From Chloroflexota bacterium (GTDB taxonomy: Bacteria; Chloroflexota; Dehalococcoidia; JAUQQI01), in contig PSKS01000004.1 in NCBI GenBank assembly GCA_040289115.1, positions 36,064 to 100,063 of the forward strand: DNA of 64,000 nucleotides, written 5' to 3'. Of this stretch, positions 46,354 through 59,093 are shown one piece after another (position 1 is the stretch's first letter; every line of letters starts with the position of its first letter). A program made the position numbers and the translations under genes. Under the pieces are notes generated by a model that saw only the letters and a list, made by a program, of their open reading frames with translations, was not told the origin of the DNA and did no database searches.

Positions 46354-48437
46354 GGCGAGGAGCCTTTCGATTCGGGCCCCAGCTCCTCCAAACTGTACTC
46401 CAAATGATACGGCACGTCGATGACGATGGTGTTGGGCCGGAAGAAAAGGCGAAGCTTAAGCCGCAGGGCCGTCTGATTGTGCAGGAAGAGCTCCCAGAAA
46501 TGTTTCGGCACGTACTCGGAAAGGACCACCGTTATCGGCCGGCCGGGGTCCAGCTTATCCAGGGCGTCGATGTAGGCCAGAAGGGGTTCAATAAGGGCCC
46601 GGTAGGGCGAATGGATGATCTCCAGGGGGATGCCCAGGCCCAATTGCTCCCAGCGCCGGCGAAGCTGCTCGGCTTCATGGACGTCGTCGGTAACGTGGAC
46701 GGCCACTACGTCGGGCGAGAACGACCGGGCAAAGGTTATGGCCCGCAGGGCCTGGCGGTCCAGGCGGGCGATGGGCACCACCACCAGGGGCGGCCGCTCC
46801 GGCCGGAGTTCAACATCCAGCCGGTCCAAGGTAAGCAGGTCCTCCGCGAACCGGTAGTGGCGGTGGACCGACCACATCAGGCCGATGAGAACCGGGATTA
46901 AGACGACCACCATCCAGGCGCCCAGGGTAAACTTTGAGATGCCAACAACCACCAGAACGGTGCCCGTTGCCAGGGCCCCCACCCCGTTGACGGCGGCCCG
47001 CCAGCCCCAACCCGGTTCCCGGTCCCGGAGCTGATACCAATGGCGGACCAGCCCAAGCTGACTCAGGGTAAAGGCCAGGAAGACGCCCACCGTATAGAGG
47101 GGTATCAGCCCGGTGACGCTGGCCTGATAGGCAGTCACCAGTAGGCTTGAGACGACGGCCAGGAAGATAATTCCGGTGCTGTAGGCCAGCCGGTCGCCCC
47201 GGTACTGGAACTGGGTGGGCAGGAATCGGTCCCGGGCTAGGATGCTGGCCAGCCGGGGGAAACCATTGAAAGCGGTGTTAGCCGCCAGGATCAGGATCAC
47301 CGCCGTGGCAAACTGCAGGTAATAATAAAAGGGGCTCTCCCCCACCAGCGTCCGGGCAATCTGGCTAAGCACCGTCTCCACCTCGTGGGGATCAGGAACC
47401 ACCCCTAGGTAGGCCGAAAAGAGGCCTATCCCCAGGAAGATGGTTATAAAGAGGGTGCCCATGCCGACCAGGACCAGCTGGGCATTGCGGACCTCGGGGG
47501 GCTTGAAAATCTGCACGCTGTTGGATACCGCCTCGATGCCGGTCAAAGCGACGGCACCGGAGGAGAAAGCCCGCAGGATAAGCAGCAGGGTGAGCGACTC
47601 GGGGTGGTAGGCTTCCAGCCACTCGGGCGGGGGCACGTAAACAGGTGTATCCCCCGTCGCCAGCCGCCAGAGGCCGACGCCGAAGAGGCCGAAGAGGCCC
47701 AGGACGTAAAGATAGGTCGGGATGGCAAAGACGGAGGCGGATTCCCGGGTGCCCCGCAGGTTTATAACGGTGATAAGCCCGATCAGGAATACGGTCAAGC
47801 CAACCCGGTATTTAAAGAGCTCGGGAAAGGCCGAGGTTATGGCCGCAACCCCGGCAGACGTCGAAACCGCCACCGTCAAGATGTAATCTGTCAGCAGGGC
47901 CGCCGCAGCAGTAAGGCCCGCCAGGGTCCCCAGGTTCTCATAGGCGACGTGGTAGCTTCCCCCGCCGGCCGGATAGGCCCGGATCACCTGAAGGTAGCTC
48001 AACACGACGATAACGACCAGGGCCACAATGGGAATCGAGATGGGCAACGTCAGGGCCAGGGCGGCGACACCGGCGGTGACCAGCACCCGCATGATCTCCT
48101 CGGTAGCGTAGGCCGAGGACGAAATGTTGCCCGAGGCGAGGATGGCCAGCCCCTTGAGCTTGCCCACCCGCTCCGAAAGCTCCAGCTCGCTGGGTATCCG
48201 CCGCCCGATCAGGGCCCGACGGACCGCCTCGAAGAGCTTGCCCAGGGTCGATTTGGGGGCCAGCACCTGCTCAGTGGCGACCAACTCGCCCGGGGCCCGC
48301 CGGCGGAACTCGTGGGCGAATGGGCGCACGATGCGGACGTAGCGGGTGCCCGGCCGCTGGCCCGTTACCAGCTCCCGCTGTTCCAGGTCAGGTGAAGGTA
48401 TCTTGACGGACTCCTGCCGACTCCGTTCTTCAGCCAT
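46350..48437 (-). CDS. APC-superfamily amino acid permease with N-terminal extension and C-terminal ~200-aa cytoplasmic domain
   Basis: 12 TM core (GNISSSAYATEE..., GGSYHVAYENLG). Soluble C-terminal domain of unknown function. Start at the internal Met (MAEERS). Confidence 0.7.
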   Translation of the reverse strand: MAEERSRQESVKIPSPDLEQRELVTGQRPGTRYVRIVRPFAHEFRRRAPGELVATEQVLAPKSTLGKLFEAVRRALIGRRIPSELELSERVGKLKGLAILASGNISSSAYATEEIMRVLVTAGVAALALTLPISIPIVALVVIVVLSYLQVIRAYPAGGGSYHVAYENLGTLAGLTAAAALLTDYILTVAVSTSAGVAAITSAFPELFKYRVGLTVFLIGLITVINLRGTRESASVFAIPTYLYVLGLFGLFGVGLWRLATGDTPVYVPPPEWLEAYHPESLTLLLILRAFSSGAVALTGIEAVSNSVQIFKPPEVRNAQLVLVGMGTLFITIFLGIGLFSAYLGVVPDPHEVETVLSQIARTLVGESPFYYYLQFATAVILILAANTAFNGFPRLASILARDRFLPTQFQYRGDRLAYSTGIIFLAVVSSLLVTAYQASVTGLIPLYTVGVFLAFTLSQLGLVRHWYQLRDREPGWGWRAAVNGVGALATGTVLVVVGISKFTLGAWMVVVLIPVLIGLMWSVHRHYRFAEDLLTLDRLDVELRPERPPLVVVPIARLDRQALRAITFARSFSPDVVAVHVTDDVHEAEQLRRRWEQLGLGIPLEIIHSPYRALIEPLLAYIDALDKLDPGRPITVVLSEYVPKHFWELFLHNQTALRLKLRLFFRPNTIVIDVPYHLEYSLEELGPESKGSSP

Positions 48438-48512
48438 CTCGATGTAATTATAATCTTGCCCTGGCCGGAGGGTGGGCAGGTCTGGCATCATAACTGGTGG
48501 AGGGTTTGCGCC

Positions 48513-49712
48513 ATGCCGGGTCCCCTTGAAGGGTTGCGGGTCCTCGACTTCACCTGGAAGCTGGCCGGCCCCTTTTGCACCATGATTTTGGCCGACTTGG
48601 GGGCCGAGGTCATCAAAATTGAGCCGGTGGGCATCACCGAGGATGAGCGGGGGGCCGGACCCTATGTTCAGGGCGTAAGCACCTATTTTTTCAGCATTAA
48701 CCGGGGCAAAAAGAGCGTAAGTCTTAATTTAAAACATCCAACCGGGGTCGACATCGTCCGGCGGCTGGTGCCCAAGGTCGATATTCTGGTCGAAAACTTC
48801 ACCCCGGGCACCATGGGTCGGTTAGGCCTCGGCTACGCCGAGCTCGAACCCTTAAACCCGGGGCTTATTTACGCCGCCTTGTCCGGCTTCGGCCAGACGG
48901 GGCCGTACCGAAACCGGCACGCCGTCGACGTCATCATCCAGGGGATATCAGGCCTGATGAGCATTACCGGCGAGCCAGGGCGTCCTCCGGTCCGGGTTGG
49001 GGTTTCCCTGGCCGACCTGACCGGGGGAGTCTTTGCGGCCATTGGGATCCTTGCCGCCCTAGAGGCCCGCCACCGCACCGGCCGGGGTCAGTACGTGGAC
49101 GTGGGGATGCTGGATGCGGTGCTGGCGCTCCTGGAGAACCCCATCGTCCGCTATGCGGCCACGGGGCAGGTTCCGGGGCCTCTGGGCAGCCGCCACCCCC
49201 TGATAACCCCCTTTCAGGCCTTCCCCACTAAGGACGGTTACATCGTTGTGGCCGGGGTTCGGGACTGGCAGCTTTTCTGTGCCAAGCTCGGCCGGTTGGA
49301 CCTGATGTTTGACGAGCGGTTTCAGACCAACGAGTCCCGGACCGAACACCACGCCCAGCTCGAGCCCATCCTCGAGGAAATCTTCCGGCAGAAGACCACG
49401 GCCGAGTGGCTTTCGGAGCTGGAAGAGGAGGTGGCCTTCGTTGCCCCGGTAAACACCATCGACCGGGTGCTAGCCGACCCCCACGTTCAGGCCCGGGGCT
49501 CCATTCTGGAGCTACCCCTGCCCGGCGGCCGGGAAGGCTCCCTGAAGGTCCCGGCCCCGCCCCCTAGGTTCTCCCGCACGCCCACCCGGGTGGAACGTCC
49601 GGCCCCCATCCTTGGGGAGCACACCCTGGAGGTCCTCACCGGCCTGGCCGGACTCTCCCCCGCCGAAGTCGAGGAGCTTGCGGCCGAGGGGATCGTGGGC
49701 CTCGGCCGTTAA
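48513..49712 (+). CDS. CoA-transferase family III (CaiB/BaiF family)
   Basis: LEGLRVLDFTWKLAGPFCTMILADLGAEVIKIE N-terminal signature. Catalytic Asp region (GISGLMSITGEPGRPP). Confidence 0.8.
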   Translation: MPGPLEGLRVLDFTWKLAGPFCTMILADLGAEVIKIEPVGITEDERGAGPYVQGVSTYFFSINRGKKSVSLNLKHPTGVDIVRRLVPKVDILVENFTPGTMGRLGLGYAELEPLNPGLIYAALSGFGQTGPYRNRHAVDVIIQGISGLMSITGEPGRPPVRVGVSLADLTGGVFAAIGILAALEARHRTGRGQYVDVGMLDAVLALLENPIVRYAATGQVPGPLGSRHPLITPFQAFPTKDGYIVVAGVRDWQLFCAKLGRLDLMFDERFQTNESRTEHHAQLEPILEEIFRQKTTAEWLSELEEEVAFVAPVNTIDRVLADPHVQARGSILELPLPGGREGSLKVPAPPPRFSRTPTRVERPAPILGEHTLEVLTGLAGLSPAEVEELAAEGIVGLGR

Positions 49713-49800
49713 GACGATTTTTAGACACCTCTTAGCGGGTTGCTAAGAAAACGGGTGGTATAGTTTAATCGAAATTCAACGGATTGGGGCTGAGGGGAAT

Positions 49801-52404
<2,604 letters not shown>

Positions 52405-52434
52405 GCAAAGCCAGAAACCAGCCGGAGGAGACCG

Positions 52435-53556
52435 ATGGAGTTACAGCGGGACCAGGTTCACCGGATCGCCGCCTTCAGGCCCAGGCAGGGAAATGTGCTC
52501 AGCTTGGTCCTGGACATCTCGCCGCAAGAGAGCCAGAATCGGACGTACCACGTGGTCCGCAAAAGCCTCTTTGACGAGCTGCGGCGCAAGGTTCCCGAAG
52601 AAGGGCGGCGGCTTCTCGAGGCCGAGGTCGAAAAAATCGATGATTACTTCGAGCGCCACTTCACCCCCCATGGCCTCGGGATTGCCGTTTACTCGTGCAT
52701 CCCCGAGGACTTCTGGGAAGTCGTTTTCCTTCACACCCGGCCCCGGGACCAGGCCCACTACGACACGATTCCATACATTCGGCCCCTGGTGGACCTGCTC
52801 GACGAGTACGACCGGTACGCGGTGCTTCTGCTGGATAAGGCCCGGGCCAGACTCTTTTTCATCGAACTGGCAAAAATCGTCGAGGCCGACGAGTTCGCCG
52901 ACCTTATCGTCAAAAAGCATAAGCAGGGGGGCTGGTCCTCGGCCGATTTCCAGCGCCACCACGAGACCCACGTCGTCTGGCACGTTAAGCGCACCCTCGA
53001 AGAGCTTCGGGACTTCGAGGCCCGTCACCCCTTCGACCGGCTGGTGGTGGCCGGCCCGACGGAAGTCCTGAGCACCTTCGTGGACCTTTTGCCCAAAGAG
53101 CTTGAATCGAAGCTTGCGGGCACCTTCACCGCCCAGATCATTGCCCCGCCCGAGGAGATCCTTTACAAGACGCTGGAGCTGGAGCAGGCCCTCGAAAGGG
53201 ACGAGGAACTCAGTCTGGTAGAGCAGACCCTGGAACTGGCCGCCAAAGGCGGGCCGGCTGTGGTGGGCCTAGCTGACACGGTCGGGGCGGCCATGCAGAA
53301 CCGGATAATGCGCCTGCTCATAACCGAGACCTTCCGACCCGAAGGGTACGAGTGTGCCAACTGCGGCTTCATCGGCACCCGGCCCAACGGGAGCGCCTGT
53401 CCCTTGTGCGGCGGCCCCCTGGTGCACGTAAACGACCTCATTGAAAGCCTCATCCGGGCGATGCTCCGGCAGCAGGCTTGGGTGGAACTGGTTCGGGGCA
53501 AGGGGGGCGAAAGGCTCGACGCCGTGGGCGGAATCGCCGCCCTGCTGAGGTTCTGA
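52435..53556 (+). CDS. Bacterial eRF1/Pelota-like protein (baeRF1-type) with GGQ-to-GGW substitution and C-terminal Cys4 zinc ribbon
   Basis: Central segment LIVKKHKQGGWSSADFQRHHETHVVWHVKR parallels the eRF1 GGQ loop ([29 protein letters not shown], from memory). Flanking segments parallel eRF1 domain 2/3. CANCGF...CPLCGG zinc ribbon near the C-terminus. 30-nt gap after clpB with a GGAGGAG RBS. Confidence 0.6.
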   Translation: MELQRDQVHRIAAFRPRQGNVLSLVLDISPQESQNRTYHVVRKSLFDELRRKVPEEGRRLLEAEVEKIDDYFERHFTPHGLGIAVYSCIPEDFWEVVFLHTRPRDQAHYDTIPYIRPLVDLLDEYDRYAVLLLDKARARLFFIELAKIVEADEFADLIVKKHKQGGWSSADFQRHHETHVVWHVKRTLEELRDFEARHPFDRLVVAGPTEVLSTFVDLLPKELESKLAGTFTAQIIAPPEEILYKTLELEQALERDEELSLVEQTLELAAKGGPAVVGLADTVGAAMQNRIMRLLITETFRPEGYECANCGFIGTRPNGSACPLCGGPLVHVNDLIESLIRAMLRQQAWVELVRGKGGERLDAVGGIAALLRF

Positions 53557-53623
53557 ATCCGCGGGCGTGGCCTGTTTATAATTATCCGGTTCGGCTGACC
53601 AAACCCCGCATCAGGAGGAGTAG

Positions 53624-54712
53624 ATGCGCATCACCCGCGTCACGGCCGCCGCTTACCGTGTCCCCACCAGGGCCCCCATAACCGACCAAGTCATCTACCG
53701 GGAGGTGGTGCTGGCCCGGGTTGAGACCGACGCCGGCATCGTCGGTACGGGGATGACGGGCGGGGTCCTGCGGTTCGCAACCCGGGAGTTTATAAACCGG
53801 GAGCTGGCCCCCCTTTTGGTCGGGCGGGACCCCCTGGATACCGAGGGGATCTCGGCCCTCATCCACCGCACCTTTAACCCCCGGGGCAACTCCGGGGTCG
53901 TCATCTTCGGCCAGAGCGCCGTTGACATCGCCCTTTGGGATATCAAAGGCAAGTATTTAAATCAGCCGGTCTGGCGCCTCCTTGGGGGCCACTCAAGGCG
54001 GGTCCCCGCCTACATAACCTTCGGCCTCCTGGAGTACGACCGGGAGCAGCTGGTCGAGGCCGCCCGCCACTGGGTATCCCAGGGGCACACCCGCCTCAAG
54101 ATGGTGGTGGCCATCGGCGGGGCCGAGAACGTGGCCGAAGACGCCGAGCGGGTCCGGCTCGTCCGGGAAGCCGTCGGCGACGGGGTCGAGCTGATGGTGG
54201 ACGCTAACCACCTTTTTGACTACGCCTCGGCCCTGGAGCTCTGCCGTCGGCTGGAGCCTTTCAACATCCGCTGGTTTGAGGAGCCCGTCTACACCAACGA
54301 CGTCAACCTGCTCCGCCGGCTTCGGGCCCACACCACCATTCCCATCGCCGCCGGCCAGCAGGAGCACCGTTGGCGGCACCGGGACCTTATCGCCGGGGGT
54401 GCGGTGGACATCGCCCAACCCAACGTCTGCTACGTTGGCGGCTATACCGAGGGCCGCAAGGTTGCTGACTTGGCCGACAGCTTTAACTTAAAGATCGCCA
54501 ACGGGGGCGGCTGGCCCCACCACAACGCCCATCTTTACGCGGCGGTGGCCAACGGCTGGCGGGTGGAGTTCCACGTGCCCATGTGGTATACGGGGGAGAT
54601 TTTATTTAAAAATACCTTCCGGCCCGAGGCGGGCTGGGTGGAGCTTCCCGACCGGCCTGGCCTTGGCTTCGAGCCCAACGAGGACGCCCTCCGGGAGTAC
54701 GAGGAAAAATAG
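53624..54712 (+). CDS. Enolase-superfamily enzyme (mandelate racemase/muconate lactonizing enzyme family)
   Basis: N-terminal capping domain and barrel metal ligands (KMVVAIGG..., MVDANH, FEEP, AGQQEH). Confidence 0.8.
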   Translation: MRITRVTAAAYRVPTRAPITDQVIYREVVLARVETDAGIVGTGMTGGVLRFATREFINRELAPLLVGRDPLDTEGISALIHRTFNPRGNSGVVIFGQSAVDIALWDIKGKYLNQPVWRLLGGHSRRVPAYITFGLLEYDREQLVEAARHWVSQGHTRLKMVVAIGGAENVAEDAERVRLVREAVGDGVELMVDANHLFDYASALELCRRLEPFNIRWFEEPVYTNDVNLLRRLRAHTTIPIAAGQQEHRWRHRDLIAGGAVDIAQPNVCYVGGYTEGRKVADLADSFNLKIANGGGWPHHNAHLYAAVANGWRVEFHVPMWYTGEILFKNTFRPEAGWVELPDRPGLGFEPNEDALREYEEK

Positions 54713-54714
54713 CC

Positions 54715-56313
54715 GTGCCTGCCTTCGACGTCCTCATCAAAAACGGCACCATCATCGACGGTACTGGCCGGCCCGGGTTCCGGGCCGACGTTGGGGTGCT
54801 GGGCGACCGCATCGCCGCAGTGGGCGACCTGAGGGGCCCAGACGTGACCGCCGCCACCGTTGTCGACGCCGCCGGAAAGGTGGTCTGCCCGGGCTTCATC
54901 GACACCCACGTCCACTCGGACCTGATGCTCCTGGCCGACCCGGTCCACGAGGCCGCCCTCCGGCAGGGGGTAACCACCGAAATCCTCGGCCAGGACGGCC
55001 TCTCTTATGCGCCCCTCTCGCCCGAAAACCTGCGGGCTTACCGGCGCTACCTGGCCGGCCTCAACGGCAACCCCGACCTGCCCTACACCTGGTCCACCGT
55101 GGCCGAGTTCCGGGCCTGCTTCGACCGGACGGTGGCCGTAAACACCGCCTACCTGGTTCCCCACGGGGCGATCCGGCTGGAGGCAGTGGGCTTCCGGGAT
55201 GCCCCGCTGGTTGGGGAGGCCCTTGAGCGGGCCCGGCGGCTCCTGGCCCAAGGCCTGGAGGAGGGGGCGGTGGGGTTCTCCACAGGTTTAAGCTATTACC
55301 CGTGCTCCTGGGCGGATACCGAGGAGCTGGTGGAGCTTTGCGGGGTGGTCGCCCGCTACGACCGGCCCTACGTAGTCCACCTGCGGACGGTCTTCCGGGG
55401 CGAGCCCTCCGACCCGGTGGCGGAGGCCCTGGAGGTCGGCCGCCGGTCGGGAGTTAAGGTCCATTTCTCCCACTTCCGGACCGGCCCCTCAACCGCCGGG
55501 CAGGTGGCGCAGCTTATGGCCCCCATCGACCGGGCTAAGGCCGAAGGGATCGACTGCACCCTGGAGACCTACCCTTATCCCACCGGCAGCAGCCAGGGGC
55601 TGATGTTTCTGCCCCCCTGGGCCCACGACGGCGGCCCCGACGCCCTGCTGGCCCGGCTTAAGGACCCCGAAATTCGCCGCCGGCTGGCGCGGGAAATTGA
55701 CTACGCCTACATGGGTTCGGCCCGGGGTACCCGGGGCTGGCACGAAATCGTCTTCAGCTACCTGCCGAAAAACTCCGACCTGGTGGGCCTCACCTTTGTG
55801 GAGGCGGCCGCCCGGCGGGGGAAGGAGGTCCCGGACCTTCTATGCGACCTTCTGCTGGAGGAGGAGTTCCGGGTGGGCTTCTGGGGCCTACCTCCCGAGT
55901 CGGCTGTCTGGGAGCAGATCGACCGGGACATAATGACCCTGCTGAGCCGCCCGGACTACATGGTGGGAAGCGACGCCATCTGGGTGGGCCAGCAGCCCCA
56001 CCCCCGGGCCTACGGCTGTTTCGCCCGGATTCTCGGCCCCCTCCGCCGCCGATATGGGGTCCCCCTGGAACTACTCATCAACCGGATGACGGCCGTGCCC
56101 GCCGCCCGCTTCGGTCTGCGGGACCGGGGGGTGCTGGCCCCCGGGAAGTTTGCAGATATCGCCGTCTTCGACCCGGAAACCATTACGGATACGTCAACGT
56201 ACGAAAATCCCCGGAGTCTGGCCGTAGGGGTGGAGTGGGTACTAGTTAACGGCCGGGTGGCCCTGGCCGGCGGCCGGCCGACGGGGGTGCTAGCCGGCCG
56301 CCCCGTCCCGTAG
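54715..56313 (+). CDS. N-acyl-D-amino-acid deacylase (D-aminoacylase) family amidohydrolase
   Basis: GTG start. DVLIKNGTIIDGTG...PGFIDTHVHSD metal-binding HxH motif. Full-length D-aminoacylase homology. Confidence 0.8.
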   Translation: MPAFDVLIKNGTIIDGTGRPGFRADVGVLGDRIAAVGDLRGPDVTAATVVDAAGKVVCPGFIDTHVHSDLMLLADPVHEAALRQGVTTEILGQDGLSYAPLSPENLRAYRRYLAGLNGNPDLPYTWSTVAEFRACFDRTVAVNTAYLVPHGAIRLEAVGFRDAPLVGEALERARRLLAQGLEEGAVGFSTGLSYYPCSWADTEELVELCGVVARYDRPYVVHLRTVFRGEPSDPVAEALEVGRRSGVKVHFSHFRTGPSTAGQVAQLMAPIDRAKAEGIDCTLETYPYPTGSSQGLMFLPPWAHDGGPDALLARLKDPEIRRRLAREIDYAYMGSARGTRGWHEIVFSYLPKNSDLVGLTFVEAAARRGKEVPDLLCDLLLEEEFRVGFWGLPPESAVWEQIDRDIMTLLSRPDYMVGSDAIWVGQQPHPRAYGCFARILGPLRRRYGVPLELLINRMTAVPAARFGLRDRGVLAPGKFADIAVFDPETITDTSTYENPRSLAVGVEWVLVNGRVALAGGRPTGVLAGRPVP

Positions 56314-56367
56314 GTCTCGGGCCGGTGGTAGAATTAGGCGGGACTGGCAGACTGGAGGAGGTTGACA

Positions 56368-57867
56368 ATGACCGGGGTTTATAAAAACTACATTGACGGG
56401 CGGTGGGTGGATTCGGTTACCGAGCGGACCTACCCCAACATCAACCCGGCCACCGGCGAGGTTTTAGGCTACTTTCCCCGCTCCGGGCCCGAAGATGTGC
56501 GCCTGGCGGTGGAGGCCGCCCAGCGGGCCTTTGACTCCTGGCGAAAGGTACCGGCCCCAAGGCGGGCCGAAATCCTCTTCCGGGCGGCCGAGCTTCTGGT
56601 TAAGCGCAAAGAGGAGTTTGCCCGGCAGATGACCATGGAGATGGGCAAGGTCCTTACCGAAGCCCGGGGGGACGTTCAGGAGGCCATCGATATGACCTAC
56701 TTCATCGCCGGCGAGGGTCGCCGCCTCCACGGCTACACCACCCCCTCAGAGCTTCCCGACAAGTTCGCCATGTGTGTTCGAATGCCCATCGGGGTTGTGG
56801 GGTGTATAACCCCCTGGAACTTCCCGATGGCCATACCCTCCTGGAAGGTCATCCCGGCCCTGGTCTGTGGCAACACAGTGGTCTTTAAGCCGGCTGAGGA
56901 TACACCCCTTTCGGCTTATAACTTCGTTAAAACCCTGGAGGAAGCCGGCCTGCCGCCCGGGGTGCTCAACATGGTGGTGGGGTTTGGCGAGGAAGCCGGG
57001 GCGGCCCTGGTGGAGGTCCCCGGTGTCCGGCTCATCTCCTTTACAGGCTCCACCGAGGTGGGCACCGAAGTCGCCGAAAAGTGCGCTCGCCTAGGCAAGC
57101 GGGTCTCCCTGGAGATGGGCGGCAAAAACGCCATCGTCGTCCTGGACGATGCCGACCTCGACTTGGCCTTGGACGGCATCGTGTGGAGCGCCTTCGGGAC
57201 TTCCGGCCAGCGGTGCACGGCGGCCAGCCGGGTCATCGTCCAGCGGGGAATTGCCGAGGAGCTCACCGTCCGGCTGGTAGAGCGGGCCCGAAGGCTTAAG
57301 CTGGGCAACGGCCTTGACCCGGAAACGGAGCTGGGCCCGGTTATCAACGAACAGCAGCTCCGGCGGATCGCCGGGTATATGGAGGTGGCCCGCCAGGAAG
57401 GGGCTGAGATCCTGTGCGGGGGCGAGGTTGCCCGGGAGGGCGAGCTGGCCAAGGGCTTTTTCTTCAAGCCAACGGTTTTAGGTAACTGCCGGCCGGAGAT
57501 GCGGGTCTGCCAGGAGGAGATCTTCGGCCCAGTAACTTCGGTCATCGTCGTCGATAGCCTTGAGGAAGCCGCCCGGGTGAACAACGCCGTCCCCTACGGC
57601 CTGGTGGCCTCCATTTACACCCGAGACGTTAACAAAGCCTTTAAGTTCATCGAAGAGAGCTATACCGGCATCGTTTACGTCAACGCCGGGACCATCGGGG
57701 CCGAGGTCCACACCCCCTTCGGGGGCACCAAGGCCACCGGAAACGGCCACCGGGAGGCCGGCGAGCAGGTTCTAGACGTCTTTAGCGAGTGGAAGACGAT
57801 TTACATCGACTACTCGGGCCGGCTCCAGCGGGCTCAGATCGACGTGGCGCCCGTGGCCCTGGGCTGA
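56368..57867 (+). CDS. NAD(P)-dependent aldehyde dehydrogenase
   Basis: ITPWNFP, catalytic Glu (LEMGGKNA) and catalytic Cys (GQRCTAASR) motifs. GGAGGAGG RBS 7 nt upstream of ATG 56368. Confidence 0.85.
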   Translation: MTGVYKNYIDGRWVDSVTERTYPNINPATGEVLGYFPRSGPEDVRLAVEAAQRAFDSWRKVPAPRRAEILFRAAELLVKRKEEFARQMTMEMGKVLTEARGDVQEAIDMTYFIAGEGRRLHGYTTPSELPDKFAMCVRMPIGVVGCITPWNFPMAIPSWKVIPALVCGNTVVFKPAEDTPLSAYNFVKTLEEAGLPPGVLNMVVGFGEEAGAALVEVPGVRLISFTGSTEVGTEVAEKCARLGKRVSLEMGGKNAIVVLDDADLDLALDGIVWSAFGTSGQRCTAASRVIVQRGIAEELTVRLVERARRLKLGNGLDPETELGPVINEQQLRRIAGYMEVARQEGAEILCGGEVAREGELAKGFFFKPTVLGNCRPEMRVCQEEIFGPVTSVIVVDSLEEAARVNNAVPYGLVASIYTRDVNKAFKFIEESYTGIVYVNAGTIGAEVHTPFGGTKATGNGHREAGEQVLDVFSEWKTIYIDYSGRLQRAQIDVAPVALG

Positions 57868-59090
57868 AGGTCCTGCCGAGCGACGAAGGCTTCGGAGTAG
57901 CGGCCGATAACCTCAAGGCCGGCCTGAAGCCAGGTTGAGTCGCCGGCGGCCTCGGCCGCCAGCCAGAAGTCCACATCCCACATCCCCACCTGGACGATGC
58001 CGTGGTTAAGGACCACCTGAACCAGGTCGCCGATGTCCTCGGGGGTAAACGAAAACTTGTAGTCGGCGTGGAACTTGGCCCACACCTCCGGCTCCCAAGG
58101 TGCCCCCTGAAGCTCCGAAATAATGACCCCCTTCCCTCGCCGCTGCATCTCCACCCGAAGGATATCCAGGGTGTTGTAATCCCGGGGATGGGTGGCGTTC
58201 ACCGGAAACTCGCCCCAGATGGTGGGCTGGACGACCTTCTTGTAAAGGTGGAGGCCCAAAAGGTCCGCCGCCTCGAAAAGGGTCCGGCGGGACGGAAACA
58301 TCCACCAGGGCCCCACCGCCCACCTGGCCAGGAAGCGCCAGGGGACCGTCTCTCGGAGCTGGTCCAGCAGGCGCAAAAACCAGGCGCTGGGCACAAAGGT
58401 TGTCAAAACCAAAAGCTGGTCCGGGGCCAGGAACCGGCGGACATGGTTCGAAACCTCTACCAGGTAATCGGGGTGCAGGTAGCGAAAAAGGCCGTCGTAC
58501 ATCACCGGGTCCAGGGCCTCGTTTTCGACGAAGACCCAGCTCCCCACCTTGCCGTAGCGCCTTAAGATGGCCTCGACCGCCTTAAAGATTCGCTCGGTTT
58601 CCCGGGCACTCGGCCGGAAGGGACCGAACCTGGGAAGCTCCATCCCCTGGGGCGGGTAGAACTCCGGGTAGCCGGGAAGTTTAAGGCCCACCGAGAGGTA
58701 AACCTCCTTGCCCCGGCTTAAGGCCGCGTTGATGACCGCATCCGGTTGGCGGAAGCCGTCGGCCTCTTCGGCGGCCGCAATGGGCACCCCAAAACGGTAG
58801 CCTTTAAAGGGCAGGTCCAGCAGTCGGCCCAGCACCGCCTCAAGCCGGGGCCGGCGACCGGTGGCCTTACGGTAATAGTCAACCAGCCTGGAAGGGACTA
58901 TGGTGGTGAAAAATCGGGCCCGCTGGGGGCGTCGGTCCGGAAACCGCGGCCAGCCCAGAAGGGGGTCCAACAGACGGTCGTATTCACCAAGCCGGAGGCC
59001 GGCCAGAAATAGGCCCCCAACAAGCACTGAACTAAGGAACCGGCGCCGTCCCATCCCCCCACTACCCCTAACGGTCTGAAAACCGGCCAT
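57834..59090 (-). CDS. Secreted hypothetical protein with Tat-like signal, possibly a TIM-barrel glycoside-hydrolase-like fold
   Basis: [19 protein letters not shown] signal. VFVENEALD and IISELQG segments are reminiscent of clan GH-A acid/base and nucleophile motifs, but the match is weak. Confidence 0.45.
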   Translation of the reverse strand: MAGFQTVRGSGGMGRRRFLSSVLVGGLFLAGLRLGEYDRLLDPLLGWPRFPDRRPQRARFFTTIVPSRLVDYYRKATGRRPRLEAVLGRLLDLPFKGYRFGVPIAAAEEADGFRQPDAVINAALSRGKEVYLSVGLKLPGYPEFYPPQGMELPRFGPFRPSARETERIFKAVEAILRRYGKVGSWVFVENEALDPVMYDGLFRYLHPDYLVEVSNHVRRFLAPDQLLVLTTFVPSAWFLRLLDQLRETVPWRFLARWAVGPWWMFPSRRTLFEAADLLGLHLYKKVVQPTIWGEFPVNATHPRDYNTLDILRVEMQRRGKGVIISELQGAPWEPEVWAKFHADYKFSFTPEDIGDLVQVVLNHGIVQVGMWDVDFWLAAEAAGDSTWLQAGLEVIGRYSEAFVARQDLQPRATGATSI

Positions 59091-59093
59091 AAT

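Noticed and set aside
49731-49746. CIRCE-like inverted repeat (TTAGCGGGTTGCTAA) upstream of clpB
   Set aside because: Only 5-bp arms with a 5-nt spacer, and it does not match the CIRCE consensus TTAGCACTC-N9-GAGTGCTAA. No CtsR GGTCAAA heptad repeats nearby either. Promoter hexamers in the region have poor spacing (TTGCTA-N13-TATAGT).
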